Assembly (NCBI GenBank): GCA_013239625.1 | Contig: MU053881.1 | Coordinates: 15,430,373-15,494,372 of the forward strand | Reading direction: 5' to 3' | Origin: Lama guanicoe | Taxonomy: Eukaryota | DNA length: 64,000 nucleotides | Shown here: positions 49,561 through 61,946 of the stretch, in pieces | How the letters are laid out: every line of letters starts with the position of its first letter | Numbering within the stretch: position 1 is the stretch's first letter | The notes under the pieces: generated by a model | What the model was told of the DNA's origin: nothing | Database searches by the model: none | What the model saw: only the letters and a program-made list of their open reading frames with translations | Translations under genes and position numbers: made by a program

Positions 49561-49986
49561 GTAAGGATCCGGACTCCGTGGCCCTTCTCTTAGATATGTG
49601 ACCTTGGCAGGGCCTTTGACCCTTGGGCTTCAGTTTCTTATGTTGGAAGGGAGAGTTGGAGATCTGTGTTGTGGGGGTCAGTGTGGATGGGCATCCATTT
49701 GGGTGGCAGTTAGGATCCCACTAGTCCTTACTTCATCCTCATCTTCTCATTTTTTGGTCCATCTGTATATTCATTCATCCATCTATCCATTTTTTCCTTC
49801 CCTCTGTGGCAGCCTCTGTTGGGAGATTCTTGGGTCCTCCAAACCCCTTAGTCCCAGGCTGAGAGGGGGAGTAAAAGGGGCAGAAAAGGATGCTGGGATG
49901 TGACGCACATTGTCTCCTGTGGCCGCTGAGATGTTCTGGGGTCCATTAGGACCTCAGACTCAGCACCAACACCCCCCTTCCCACAG

Positions 49987-50156
49987 CCTCAGGCCTGGGC
50001 GCTGTTGCTACTTTGCCGCAGGCTCGGCCACCAAGCTGCAGTTCTCTGACCAGGATGGCATATCTGTTCTCCATGCTGTCACGCTCTGGGTGGAATCCCG
50101 GGCCGCCAACCGGACGGAGAAGTCCCCCAAGGTTACCCTGAAGCTCTACAGCTCAG
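49987..50156 (+). CDS. IL12RB1: IL12RB1 exon 4
   Basis: [56 protein letters not shown]. Confidence 0.93.
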
Positions 50157-50499
50157 GTCAGCACCCTGTTCTCCTCTTCCCCGTGACCCCTTCCTCACCC
50201 AGAGAAGCCTCTGGTTCCCAAGCCCAGACCTGGGGGAATTCTGGGCCCTGGCAAGGGACTTGATAATGCCAGCCATTTTCACATCCAACACTGCTGAGTG
50301 ACTTGACAGAGTCTTTCATGGTCCCCTTACTGATCCCTTACTGCTGGACATTAGGTAACTTCAGGTTTCTCCTTGATGCCAAGATCCTGTTGGGTCTTTA
50401 AAATCTGTTTTTGTGAATCAACAGCATACGCTTAGCATCTCCTTGTGTGCCATGCCCAGTCACAGGGGTACGTAGGCAAGGCCAACAGAGGTCACAGTC

Positions 50500-50736
50500 C
50501 AGGGCTGGGACTAGGGGAGGTGAATGAGACACCCTCTTTGGCCACAAAATTTTCAGGGGGTGTCAAAAATCTCAGTTGTCAATATAAACAGTATCTTAAT
50601 ACCGTATTTTAAAAAATGAATATTAACACACAAAAAAAACAACCATGAGGAACAAAATATCAGAATTTTAAACAGAGGAGCCAACCTTGTATTTGTACAA
50701 CCTTACTTCACTCACCTCACCCTAATCCCAGCCCTG
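50500..50736. mobile_element. hAT-class MITE with ~30-bp terminal inverted repeats (MER81/MER96-like)
   Basis: Left end CAGGGCTGGGACTAGGG.GAGGTGAATGA; reverse complement of right end CAGGGCTGGGATTAGGGTGAGGTGAGTGA. Confidence 0.75.
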
Positions 50737-51134
50737 TCCCTACCTTCATGGAGCCCAGATTCAAGGAGGGTGATGGACAAGGCATGATCATTCTCACATG
50801 ATGAGATAGTGCTGGGAGGTCAGGGAGGTCTCCAGTGCAAATTGAGCCCTGAAGGAAAAAAAAGATCCAGCAGGAATAAAGGTGGAGAGGTGTATACAGG
50901 CAGCAAGCACAGCAAGTGCAAAGGCCCTGGGGTAGAATCAGGCACCGTATGATCAAGATGCAGAAAGAATGATCAATGTCTCTCCTTAGGTCAGGCTCCT
51001 TGAAGTAGGTTTAAAAAGTTAATAAGATTTCCCTAATAGTCCTCCAGAAAAATAGAATCAGTTAATTACCCTCTCATCAGCAATTTATAAAAGTGCCTGT
51101 CTCACAACAGCCTTGCCAGCAATCAGTATTAATA

Positions 51135-51267
51135 TTTTTTTAAGTTTTATTTTTTGGGGGAAGGAATTAGGTTTATATTTATCTATTTATTTAATGGAAA
51201 TACTGGGAATTGAACCTAGGACCTTATGCATGTTAAGCATGCACTCTACCACTGAGCTATACTCTCC
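51135..51267 (-). mobile_element. Vic-1-like SINE
   Basis: gggaattgaacctaggacc...ctctaccactgagctatac; TSD-like agtat(t/c)aatatttt. Confidence 0.86.
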
Positions 51268-51393
51268 TGCCAAGTATCAATATTTTACTGATAGCTTTAC
51301 CAGCAGGATCCTGTGTATAAATCTTGACTCTTTGACTCATAGAACCCCAGGCTTAGATAGGATTTGCAGGGGTGTCCCTGATTTATGTCTCAG

Positions 51394-51492
51394 GGTCTTG
51401 GTGGGCTACTCTGGGCCAGGAAGATTATAGGCAGATTTTCTAGGTCTTGGTGGGCTACTCTGGGCCAGGAAGATTATAGGCAGATTTTCTAG
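51394..51492. repeat. Perfect 49-bp tandem duplication
   Basis: ggtcttggtgggctactctgggccaggaagattataggcagattttcta x2. Confidence 0.95.
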
Positions 51493-51559
51493 AGTTTTGG
51501 GGACCAACAACTCACATGCATGGTGTCTTCCCCTTCCCAACCCCCATCTCTGCTTCCAG

Positions 51560-51699
51560 TTAAATACGACCCTCCCCCAGGAGACATCAAGGTGTCCAAG
51601 TCAGCAGGTCAGCTGCGCATGGAGTGGGAGACCCCAGCCCGCCAGGATGGTGCCGAGGTGCAGTTCCGGCACCGGACACCTGGCAGCCCGTGGAAGTTG
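51560..51699 (+). CDS. IL12RB1: IL12RB1 exon 5
   Basis: [47 protein letters not shown]. Confidence 0.93.
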
Positions 51700-51969
51700 G
51701 TGAGTTTGTTCCCCAGATCAGGGGTGTACACAAGGCACAGAGTACTTTCACCCTCCAATCAGTTTCACTATCTCTATATCTGTCACCCCTCCCACCTGGC
51801 CTCCACTCATGTCCCAGGTCTAGCCCCTGCAGGCTCTCTGACATGCAGTTCTGATTGTGACCTCCCTTGCTCACACACCCTCCCTGGCTCCCCATTACCC
51901 TCAGGAGGGCATCCTTGTCCTCAAAAAATAAAGTAAAATTCCCACTAAAGGGAAAAAAAAAAAACAACG

Positions 51970-52225
51970 TGTAATTGTTGGATCCTATGTTGGTTCTATT
52001 TTTAATATTTTGAGGAACTTCCGCACTGTTTTCCATAGTGGCTACATCAATTTACATTCCCACCAACAGGGCACAGGGTTCCCCTTTCTCCACATCCTCA
52101 TCAACATTAGTTATCTCTTGTTTTTTCCACGTTAGCCATTCTAGCAGGTGTGAGGTTTCAATTTGCAATTTTGCTGGTGATTAGTGATGTGGAGCACCGT
52201 TCATCTACCTGTCTGCATGTCTTCC
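51970..52225 (-). mobile_element. LINE-1 fragment
   Basis: ttttgaggaacttccgcactgttttccatagtggctacatcaatttacattcccaccaacag. Confidence 0.78.
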
Positions 52226-52256
52226 TGGGACCTTCATTCATCTTCAGTTACTCTCA

Positions 52257-52360
52257 GGGGGAGGGTATAGCTTAGTGGTAGAGTGTGTGTGTGCTTAGCA
52301 TGCTCAAGGTCCTGGGTTCAATCCCCAGTACTTCCAATAAAAAAAAAAAAGGAAAAAAAA
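52257..52360 (+). mobile_element. Vic-1-like SINE
   Basis: A/B boxes and poly(A) tail. Confidence 0.86.
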
Positions 52361-53203
52361 CGCCAACAGACTAACAGCTTCAGTTATTCTCTCTTCTTCC
52401 CTACCTAGTCCCTAAGGAGCCCCTGGTTTGGAAGAGACAGAGACCTCCGGCTTCTGAATTGTGGTGTCTCTTCCCTCCTCAGACTGGGAGTATCTTGAGG
52501 CCAGGGAGCTGCCTCAACTCTCAGCTTTGGCCCCATCTTCCCTTCAAATGTCATATCCCTCCCTGAGCCTCAGTTTCCCCATTAGGTGAATGGGTTCAGA
52601 TCAGTCAGAGGCAGGTAACATGGGACCCCCAATGGAAAGGGGCATCTCTTGATGTTTTATTTCCAGCCCCATAAGCACATTCTGTAGTGGACTCTCTCAG
52701 CCCCTTTTACAGATAGGAAAACTGAGGCTCAATATGTCCAGGGACCTCTCAGAGTCACACGGGGAGTGTGGGGCCAGCTGGGTCCTAAACTTGAATTTCC
52801 TGACCCCCAACACCACAGACAGATAATTTTTGTCTCTTAAAATATTTTTTTGGAAATTATAAAATAGTAATTTTTCCTCCTAAAATGATTTTTAAAAAAC
52901 ACCTTTTATTTTGGAATAATCTGAGATTTTCAGAAAAGTTACAAAGAAGTGTAGAGGCCTCCTGTGGAGCCTTCACCCAGCTTCCCTGAGTTTACTTCCC
53001 CGAGTTTGTCTGTCACTGGTCTATTGCTATGAACTAAACTCCAGATTTTATTTAGATATCACCTGTCCTTCCAAGAATGTCCTCTTTCTGTTCTCAGATC
53101 CCATCCAGGGTTGCATTTAGCAAAATAATTGCTGAAAATTTCAAAAGAGGTAATATTTTCAACACCCAAATGTAAAACACATATAAATATGCTTTCATTT
53201 TAG

Positions 53204-53237
53204 GGTGACTGTGGACATCAGGAGGACACTGGCTTCG
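53204..53237 (+). CDS. IL12RB1: IL12RB1 exon 6 (34 nt)
   Basis: ttttag|GDCGHQEDTGF|gtgag; phases 0-1 fit the neighbouring exons. Confidence 0.85.
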
Positions 53238-53714
53238 GTGAGAGCAATAGTGACAATGACAGCTGCAACAACTTAGCATGAGTTGAGCACCACTGTGTGC
53301 TAGGTGCAGTGCTAAATTCTTTGTAGGCTTCTTGGCACCTCCCTGTAGTTCTATTGGATTATTCCCATTTCACAGGTGAGGAAACAAAAGCTTGGGGTTG
53401 AGAAGCCATTGGACAAAGGTCACATCCCAGGGGGTGGCCTTGCTGAGACTCGAACCTCAGGCAATAGAAGTGGGTCATCCTCGAAGCCAAGAGCACAGGA
53501 CCTGGTCAGTTTCTACTGTGTCCCTAGGGCCCAGCACACACTTGGCTCTCAATACACCAATGATACTCAATAAGTTCACAGTTGGCATTCAATACGTGCA
53601 TGTGCAAGTTGGTGCTCAATAAGTGCATGATGGCTATGTGATCGATGTCAAGCCCTGGGCACTCCCAGGTGTGGGACAACCCCTCAGTCTGATGTTTGAT
53701 CTGCTTCTCCCCAG

Positions 53715-53837
53715 AGTCATGCCTCTGCCCCCTGGAGATGGACGCAGCGCAGGAATTTCAGCTGCGGAGGCGGCTGGGGCCAGGGATCCCAGGAGGTCCC
53801 TGGAGCAGCTGGAGCAGCCCTGTGTGCATCCCCCCTG
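53715..53837 (+). CDS. IL12RB1: IL12RB1 exon 7 (WSxWS)
   Basis: [41 protein letters not shown]. Confidence 0.94.
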
Positions 53838-54573
53838 GTGAGAGCACCCTGGGACATAGGCAAGGAGACAGGCATCAGAAAGACGGCAGTGATATTAGAA
53901 ACAAGGCGGCAAGGGTTAGCAATAAGGTGATGGGTGTTAGAAATAAGGCTGCAGGAGAAATTAGGGAAAATCAGTGCAAGGTGGCAGGGCAGTGAGTGAG
54001 CTTCACTTTGGATGTGGCAAATAAGTCATCTAAAAAGAAAATGTTTCTCAGTCTTTCTCTCCTTCCAATTAGTGTGGTGGGTTTTGTTCTTTGAAAGTCG
54101 AGCAAGAGGTTGACAGGTGCAAGTGGCTGTGTCTTGAAGACCGATTTCCCCCAATACCACAGGAAGCTGGAGCCTAGGCAGCTCCAGAGTGGAGATGTGG
54201 CCCTGGAGGGGGGGGAGCGACGTGGTAACTGTCAACATTCGCACCCTCACCCTGTGAGCTGGGACTTCCTCTTCCCCACCCAAGTGCGTATCTGCTGGGA
54301 AACAACTCTAACAGTTGTTTTCAGATTTTTTTTAAATTGTGAAAAAACACATAACATAAAATTTACCATCTTAACCATTTTTAGCAAATTGCCTTAAGTA
54401 TATTTACACTGTTATGGAATGGATCTCCATGTTTGCAGATTTTGGAAACTATTTAGCAACCCAAGGAATCCTGTGTTTCATGGGAGGGAAGGACAAGGGG
54501 GTTAGGTCCCCACCCATGAGGCTGTGAGCAAGGGCACCATCCGCAGCGTCCTGGTCTTGCTATCTCATTGCAG

Positions 54574-54656
54574 AAACCCCTCCACGGGCTGAGGTGAGTT
54601 TCTCAGTGGAGCAGTTTCGCCCAGATGGGAGAAGGCAGGTGACCTTGCATGAGCAG
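54574..54656 (+). CDS. IL12RB1: IL12RB1 exon 8
   Basis: ETPPRAEVSFSVEQFRPDGRRQVTLHEQ. Confidence 0.88.
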
Positions 54657-55499
54657 GTAACGGGACCATTGCAGGGCTGTGGGGTGGCCTGAAGACAGCA
54701 AGAAGGAAATACAAGGCTGGAGTGGGAGTGCATAAAAGGAAGGAGATGAGTTGTGGAGATGATAGGGACCAGGAGGACTGTGGGTTGAAGTCTGAAGGTA
54801 ATGGGGAGCTATGGAAGGTGTGTGAGCAGAGGAGGAATATGGCAGGACTCAGGTGTTCACCGGCTCTGTCTGGTGGCCACCAGTGGGGAGCAGACCATGT
54901 TAGGGCTCAGGTGGAAGCTGGAAGGAAGACTAGGAAGGGGTCAACTGTGTTGGTCTGGATGGGAGATGATTTCTTTGAAGTCCTTCAAACAGCTCATTAT
55001 GTACAGTTGAATTAAGCCATTATGCAGAGGAGGAAATTGAGGCACAGAGGGAAAATCTCCTGCCTGAGTCAGGGGCAATATCACCAAATATTTCAACCCC
55101 TGGCTTCACCATAATTAATTCAGCCATGTCATCAGTGGGCTGTCACAATAAAGCTCTGGTGAAGCTCCTTCTCTTTTTAGGTTTCCTGTAATTTGAATTC
55201 CTTTTCTTAGGAAAACTGTCCAGGCTTGAGTTAACTGAGTCCAAAGATGGAACCATTTCCCCCCACTAGCTTTCAGCAGCTTTTGCCAAATTATATACCC
55301 CCTCAAACCAATGAGCAGTGAACATGTCAGTTTCCCAGCTGCCTTGCCAGCAATGTGGTTTATTGTTTTCTAAATTTTCTGTACATGTCATCAACTGTGG
55401 CCCGCGGATGCGTCTGTGTTCACGGTCTGCATCCTGATGTCAGCCCATGGGGACAATGAGTGTGTTCTGGTCCCCACAAGCCATCTCTCACCCTTACAG

Positions 55500-55737
55500 C
55501 TGCCCCAGCTTGATCTTCCAGAAGGCTGCCTCGGGTCTGACTCTGGTGTGGAGGTGACCTACCGTGTCCACCTGCACATGCTGTCCTGCCCGTGTAAGGC
55601 CAAGGCTACGAGGATTCTGCGCCTGAGGAAAAAGCTCATCCTCTCGGGCGCTGCCTATGACCTGGCTGTCGTTGCCCGGAATCGCTTTGGCTTCGGTCCC
55701 AACCAGACATGGCACATTCCTGCCTACACCCACTCAG
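55500..55737 (+). CDS. IL12RB1: IL12RB1 exon 9
   Basis: [12 protein letters not shown]...[20 protein letters not shown]...[19 protein letters not shown]. Confidence 0.93.
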
Positions 55738-56139
55738 GTGCCTCTGGCTGGGGAGGGCAGCGGGAGGGCCCCACGGAGCTGAACATGTACTCTGAGCCTC
55801 AGCTAGACTGGGGTGAGGCAAGCGAGGCACAAAATTTTAAGGGGGTGTCTAATTTAGGAGGGTGTCAAAAGTCAGTCATCAAAATGCATAGTGTTATAAT
55901 GCAACATTTAAGAACAAAATTCTCACTGGCAAACCACAGCCCAGGCCCACCACCTGTTTTTTTAAATAAAGTTTTATGATGACCAAGGCCAGGATCAATG
56001 TATGAGAGTGAGGTAAGGTCATGCAAGTATAGGGTGGATCCTATCTTCATTTAAAATCTACATTTTGCTCATTGTATGTATGTCTAGACATATATTAAAT
56101 ATAGGCAAATATTTATATATAATGGAAAAAAATGGCATG

Positions 56140-56950
56140 CACGTGGAGAAAAGGGAACCCTCATACACTGTTGGCAGGAATATAAATTGGTGCAGCCACT
56201 ATGAAAACAGTATGAAGATTCCTCCAAAAATTAAGAATTGAATGACCATATGATCCAACAATTCCATTTCTGGGTATTTATGCAAAGAAAATGAAAACAT
56301 TATTGGAAAAGACATATGCACCCCTATGTTTATTGCAACATTGTTCACAATAGCCAAGAAATGGAAACAACTTGAGTGCCCGTAAGTGGATGGATGGATT
56401 ACACAAAAGAGGTTGTGAATGTTGACCATGGAATACTACTCAGCCATAAAAAAGAATGAAATTTTACCATTTGCAACCACGTGGATAGACCTTGAGGATA
56501 TTATGCTAAGTAAAATAAGTCAGATGGAGAAAGACAAATACTGTAGAATTCACTCATATGTGGAATATAAAAACCAACCAAACAAACAAACAAACAAAAT
56601 GGACAAGCCACAATGAACATGGAGATACAGAGAACAGAGTAGTGGTTACCAGAGGGGAAGGAGTTAGATGGGGTGAAACAGGTAAAGGGGATCAACTGTC
56701 AGATGGTAAATTTTTGGTGGTGAACACACTGTGGGGTATGCTGAAGTAGAAATATAATGTTGAGGGGAGGGTATAGCTCAGTGGTAGAATGCAGCTCAGC
56801 ATTCTGGGTTCTGGGTTCTGGGTTCTGGCAGCTCCTGGGTTCAATCCCCAGTACCTCCACCAAAAAACATAACAAAACAAAACAATGTTGTACACATTAA
56901 ACTTGTATAATGTTATAAAACCAATGCTACCTCGATTAAAAATAAATGTA
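56140..56950 (+). mobile_element. LINE-1 3' end, interrupted by a SINE
   Basis: ggagaaaagggaaccctcatacactgttggcaggaat...cagccataaaaaagaatgaaattttaccatttgcaac. Confidence 0.85.
56764..56882 (+). mobile_element. Vic-1-like SINE nested in L1, with internal (TTCTGGG)x3 expansion
   Basis: A box, B box, TSD-like aatgttg. Confidence 0.85.
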
Positions 56951-56989
56951 AAATTTAAAAAATCAAGATTTATATGTATGTATATACAC

Positions 56990-57440
56990 ATATTTTATTG
57001 AGGTAAAATTTACATATCAAAATTAACCTTTTCAGTGTATACAATTTGGTACATTAAGTACATTCACAGTGTTGCACAACCAGCACCTTTATCGCTCTGA
57101 AACATTTCCATCACCCCAAAAGGAAACCCCATCCCCATGAGCAGTTACTCCCATCCTCCCTCCCCCAGCCCTTGGCAACCACTAATCTGTTTTCTGTCTC
57201 TGTGGATCTGCCTGTTCTGGACATTTCATTGGTCATATACTATGTGGCCTTTTGTGTCTGGCTTCTTTCACTCAGCATAATGTCTTCAAGGTTTACCTAC
57301 ATTGTAGCATATGTCAGGGCTTCGCTCCTTTTTATGGCTGAGTAACATTCCATTATGTGGACCACATTTTGTGTATTGGTTTATCCACGGATGGATGTTT
57401 GAGCTGTGTCCATTGTTTGGCAACCATGATTAGTACTCAG
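56990..57440 (-). mobile_element. Old LINE-1 (L1M) 3' fragment
   Basis: acattcacagtgttgcacaacc...ctgtctctgtggatctgcctgttctggacatttc. Confidence 0.78.
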
Positions 57441-57499
57441 TGCATATTTTTACGTTCATTTCAAATTTTTTAAAATACTGCATCAAAACAGTGTTTATC

Positions 57500-57648
57500 A
57501 GGGGGAGGGTATAGCTCAGTGGTATAGTACACACCTAGCATGCACAAGGTCCTGAGTTCAATCCCCAGTACCTCCATTAAAATAAATAAGTAAATAAATA
57601 AACCTAATTACCTCCCCCAAAACATAAACAAATAAAATATTTTTTAAA
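57500..57648 (+). mobile_element. Vic-1-like SINE with TSD AAAACAGTGTTTATCA
   Basis: A/B boxes, tail and flanking direct repeat. Confidence 0.88.
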
Positions 57649-57715
57649 AAACAGTGTTTATCATTTTTTAAAGCCTTATCACTCACTTTTAAAAATCAGA
57701 GAAATATAGCTTAAA

Positions 57716-57827
57716 TCATTTTTGCTTTTTGTTTTGGGGGGAGGTAATTAGGTTTATTTATTTACTTACTTATTTGGACCTTGTGCATGCTAAGCGTGTG
57801 CTCTGCCACTGAGCTACACCCTCTCCC
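57716..57827 (-). mobile_element. Vic-1-like SINE (internally deleted)
   Basis: gggggaggtaattaggtttattta...gcatgctaagcgtgtgctctgccactgagctacacc. Confidence 0.8.
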
Positions 57828-58654
57828 ATCCCTGAAACAGTGTTTATCTTGATGACTGAGTTCTTTGGCACATCCTTAAATTTCACACCTGACATAAGTG
57901 CCCCACTCGCTTTACCCTAGTCCTGGCTCTGCTGAGCACCCAGCCACCCTGCGATGGCAGAATGTTAGGAGGATGCCTGTTTCACAGATGAGACAACTGA
58001 GGCTCAGAGAGATGAAGGCACTTGCCAGGGTGGCACAGTGGTGGGTCTGTCAGCTCCTGGTCTGGTTTAGGGCACGGCCTCACTGTGTGACCTTGGGCTG
58101 GTGGCTCTCTCTCTTTGAGCCTCAGTTTTGATATTATTTGGCAGATCACGGTCCCACTTCATAGGAAAGCGGTGCATATAAGATGCTTGACATTGGCCCA
58201 GAGCATACAGTTGGAACTCAATAAATGATAGTTGTTGTCCCCAGAACTGGAATTGGTACCACCTCTCAGATTGCTGCAGATATCTTTGCTGTAGGGAGTG
58301 GGACAGATGAGCCCAGGAGACTGAGGGAGTGTGTCCTGGGTCTCTGAGTACTGGTCAGGCCGGGAGTCCCGTCCCACACCACAGCCACCCACTGCTGGGC
58401 GAGGCGGGTGGTGGGTGGCCAGGCATCTTCCTGGCAGGGAAACCAGTCAGGCTGGGGGAGGACTCGATTCATTCATACAGCCCTTACTGTCGCCTTTGTG
58501 CCCAGCCCCCAACACGGCAGCCCCCAGTGTAGGGAGACAGAATGAGATATAGGCACTTCCCGCCCTGTGGGGTTAGAGCTTGGCAAGAGGGTGGGATAGG
58601 AGCTATAGGAGCCTTCAGTAGCTCTCCTGATGTGCCTCCCTTGTCTCCTTCCAG

Positions 58655-58822
58655 AACCAGGAGCTCTGAATATCAGTGATGGAGCCAATGGGACCACCAT
58701 GCATTGGCCAGCCCGGGCCCAGGGCATGACATACTGCATTGAGTGGCAGCCCCAGGGCCAGGACAAGAGTCTTGTCACCTGCACCCTGACGGCACCTCAG
58801 GACGGGGACCCTGCTGGAATGG
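58655..58822 (+). CDS. IL12RB1: IL12RB1 exon 10
   Basis: [37 protein letters not shown]...PQDGDPAGM. Confidence 0.93.
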
Positions 58823-59523
58823 GTACCGTAACGTCAGCTGTCCTGCCTCTGCCCCTGCATCCTCCATTAGTGCTCCTGGTCAGCTCAAACCTACAAGCAT
58901 CATCCATCTGGGGTGGCTGAGGCCTGGAGAGGTCTTGTCACTTGCTCAAGGTCACAGAGAGGTGGGGACAGGCCAAGACTCAGCTCCTCCCAGCTGTGCA
59001 GGTCTAGAGCCTCCTGCCAGGATCCTGGAGAGTCAGGGCTCAGCCCTGGGCAGATTGCACCCTGGTAAATAATGAGTCTCACGTCTAAGGGTGTTTATTA
59101 AACATTCACCTGTGCCAGGAAAGACAGCAGTTAGCAAGATGCTGGTGGCAAATTAATAAGGCCTTTGGAGGGAAAGCGGGGATGGTGCCAAATGGCCCAG
59201 GCAGCCTCTCACTCTCCCACGTCCTGCCCTGATCCTGGCTGGGGCCCCAGGAAGCCTCAGTTGTAGCCTGCCCCTCAAAGAGCTCCCAGCCAGGGAGAGA
59301 GAGCTGGATACAGACACCCCCTGCACCATGGAGCAGGGGCTGGGCTGGAGAGGATAGGGGTGGGTTGGAGAGGGCATACAGAAGGAATCCTGGAGGAGGG
59401 GACATAGGTACAAGGGCTTTGAAGCATGAGTAGGAGTGCTCTAGGAGTTCCTGGCAGATGGTATGGGTGCAGAAGAGGGAGACAAAACCTATTTACTGGA
59501 CTGGCCGTTGTTAATCCTTCCAG

Positions 59524-59661
59524 CAACTCACAGTTGGAGCCAAACATCTGGGGCCATGGGGCAGAAGGTGTGTTATCGCATCACCATCTTTGCCTCTGCA
59601 CACCCAGAGAAGCCCACCTCGTGGTCTACAGTCTTGTCCACCTACCACTTTGGGGGTAATG
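59524..59661 (+). CDS. IL12RB1: IL12RB1 exon 11
   Basis: [46 protein letters not shown]. Confidence 0.93.
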
Positions 59662-60016
59662 GTGAGTGGCCCAAACCTGCAGGGTGGTCTCCCCAGGGGA
59701 CTTGACAGTATCCTTAGGAGTCAGGAGGGGGGATTACCATTTAGAGGCACCTACTGCTTGTTAGCTGGCATATAGAAGTCAGCTCAGTTGACTCCTAAGA
59801 CACTCCAAGAGGCATTGTGCCATTTTATAGATAAGAAAACTGAAGCTCAGAGAGGGGAAGTGATGATACCAAGAGTGGTGGAGCCGGGATTTGAATCTAG
59901 GTCTACTTGACTCTGTGGCCAAGGTTATCTGGATCTCAGGACTGTACCTGGCTGGGCAGACAGAAAGTCTCAGCCAGTGGCCTTGGAGTTGACCGTGGCA
60001 ACGGTGTTACTTGCAG

Positions 60017-60172
60017 CCTCAGGGGCCGGGAGCCCACAGCATGTATTGGTGAAGAAACTCAGCCAGGATTCGGTGTCTGTGGGCTGGACGCCATCTCTGC
60101 TGAGCACCTGCCCCGGCGTCCTGACGGGGTACGTTGTGCGCTACCAGGATGAAGACAGCAACCAAGTATCTG
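60017..60172 (+). CDS. IL12RB1: IL12RB1 exon 12
   Basis: [52 protein letters not shown]. Confidence 0.93.
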
Positions 60173-60879
60173 GTAGGTGAGGCAGCACAGGTCTGGTTGG
60201 GGGAAGAAGGGGTCTGGTCTTGAGTTCTGCCTTGCTGTGCGACCCTGGGAGCTTCACTGTCCCTCTCTGGGCCTTGGTTTGCCCACCAATAAAACAACAG
60301 AGTTGGACTCAAGGGTCTTGATTGCCCCTCGATATGGCAACTCCCCTGGAGCGGGGATGACTGTCTCCATTCCACAGATGGGGAGACTGAGGCCCAGAGA
60401 GGGATTCACCTGCCCAAAGATTGAACAAGCTTGAATTTGAGCTCAGTTAGGGACCCCTTCCTGCTCCGTCAGAGGGAAAGAAATGAGGATGTACAGGATA
60501 GGTCTCACCAGGGCTGGAACCTCCTGTCAATTCACACACTGGAGGCCTCATCCTCCCCACAGGATAACACAGTCTTTCCGATACAGACTGGCCCACCCAC
60601 CTTCTGCAGCAACAGGGTTCATGTACCACCTTCCCTCCAGGCGCCCAGCACATGAATGCTGGGTGGGGGAAGATGCCACTCTGGCATCAGACACAGACAT
60701 CCTGCCATCTGCTTGGTCACCCTATGTTGTTTAGAGCGGGTAAATTAGGCCAAGTGGGAGTCGGTCACTTATTCAGCGTGGCTTAGCTGGAATCAATTTG
60801 CCAAAAGTCAAACTGCTGAAGATGAATGCACCAAATGCTCATTCAGCCAAATTGACCAACTCCCCTGAAATTTCTTTCC

Positions 60880-61340
60880 TTTATTTTCAATTGAAGTCTA
60901 GTCAGTTACAATGTTGTGTCAATTTCTGGTGTACAGCCTAATGTTTCAGTCATACATATACATACATATATTCCTTTTCATGTTATTTTTCATTATAGGT
61001 TACTACAAGATATTGAATAGATTTCCCTGTGCTCTACAGAAGAAACTTGTTGTTTATCTATTTTATATATAGTAGTTAGTATCTGCAAATCTCAAACTCC
61101 CAATTTATCTCTTCCCTCCCTCTCTCCCTGCTGTTAACCATAAGTTTGTTTTCTATGTCTGTGAGTCTGTTTCTGTTTTGTAAAAAAAGTTCATTTGTGT
61201 CCCTTTTTTTTTTTTTAAGATTCCACAGATGAGTGATATTATGTGGTATTTTTCTTTCTCTTTCTGGCTTACTTCACTTAGAATGACGATCCCCAGGTAC
61301 TCCATGTTGCTGCAAATGGCATTATCTTACTCTTTTTTAA
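60880..61340 (-). mobile_element. LINE-1 3' end
   Basis: ttgaagtctagtcagttacaatgttgtg...ccatgttgctgcaaatggcattat. Confidence 0.82.
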
Positions 61341-61946
61341 CCCTCAAAATTTCTTTGGAAGAATATTCCTATGGAAAATTTACAAAGAATATGGATTTCT
61401 GGTTCGAGGGACCAACCACTATCTTCTGATTTTAAGAATTTTTATGAGGTGCTTTCTATTTTAAAGTCATCCAATGTCACAAAGACTTGCTGAGGTCCTA
61501 CTGTGTGCTGAGGTGCTGGGGACACAGGGGGAACAACTGAGACAAAGTTAACCCTGATCTTGATCCAAAAGATGGGAAGGAAGTGAAGGAGGAAACCATG
61601 TAGGTATCTGGGGAAAGGATGACCCAGGCCGCTGAACAGCCAGTGTGAAGATCCTGAGGTTCAGGGACTGAGCCTGGTGCCTTTAGGGAGCTGTGAGGAG
61701 AAGACAGATGTGGCTGGAAAGGAGTGGGTGAGGAGTGAGTGAAGGGGAACCTGGTCAGAATTTGAGGAAAACAGCATCATTCACTGAATATTTTGATGAA
61801 GACTATTTTTCCGAATAAGCTTGAAGTGAATGGGTACGTTTAGGGAAGCGTTTTCAGCAAAACGTCAGTGAGCCACCATCTCCACCGGCAGAGTGGAGTC
61901 CAGAGTCAAGGGGGTCCAGGGACCCACAGCTGCTTCCCTCCCGCAG

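Noticed and set aside
56199..56749. ORFs with L1 ORF2 C-terminal-like peptides (MEYYSAIKKNEILPFATTW)
   Set aside because: Fragmentary, 5'-truncated LINE-1 relic, not a functional gene
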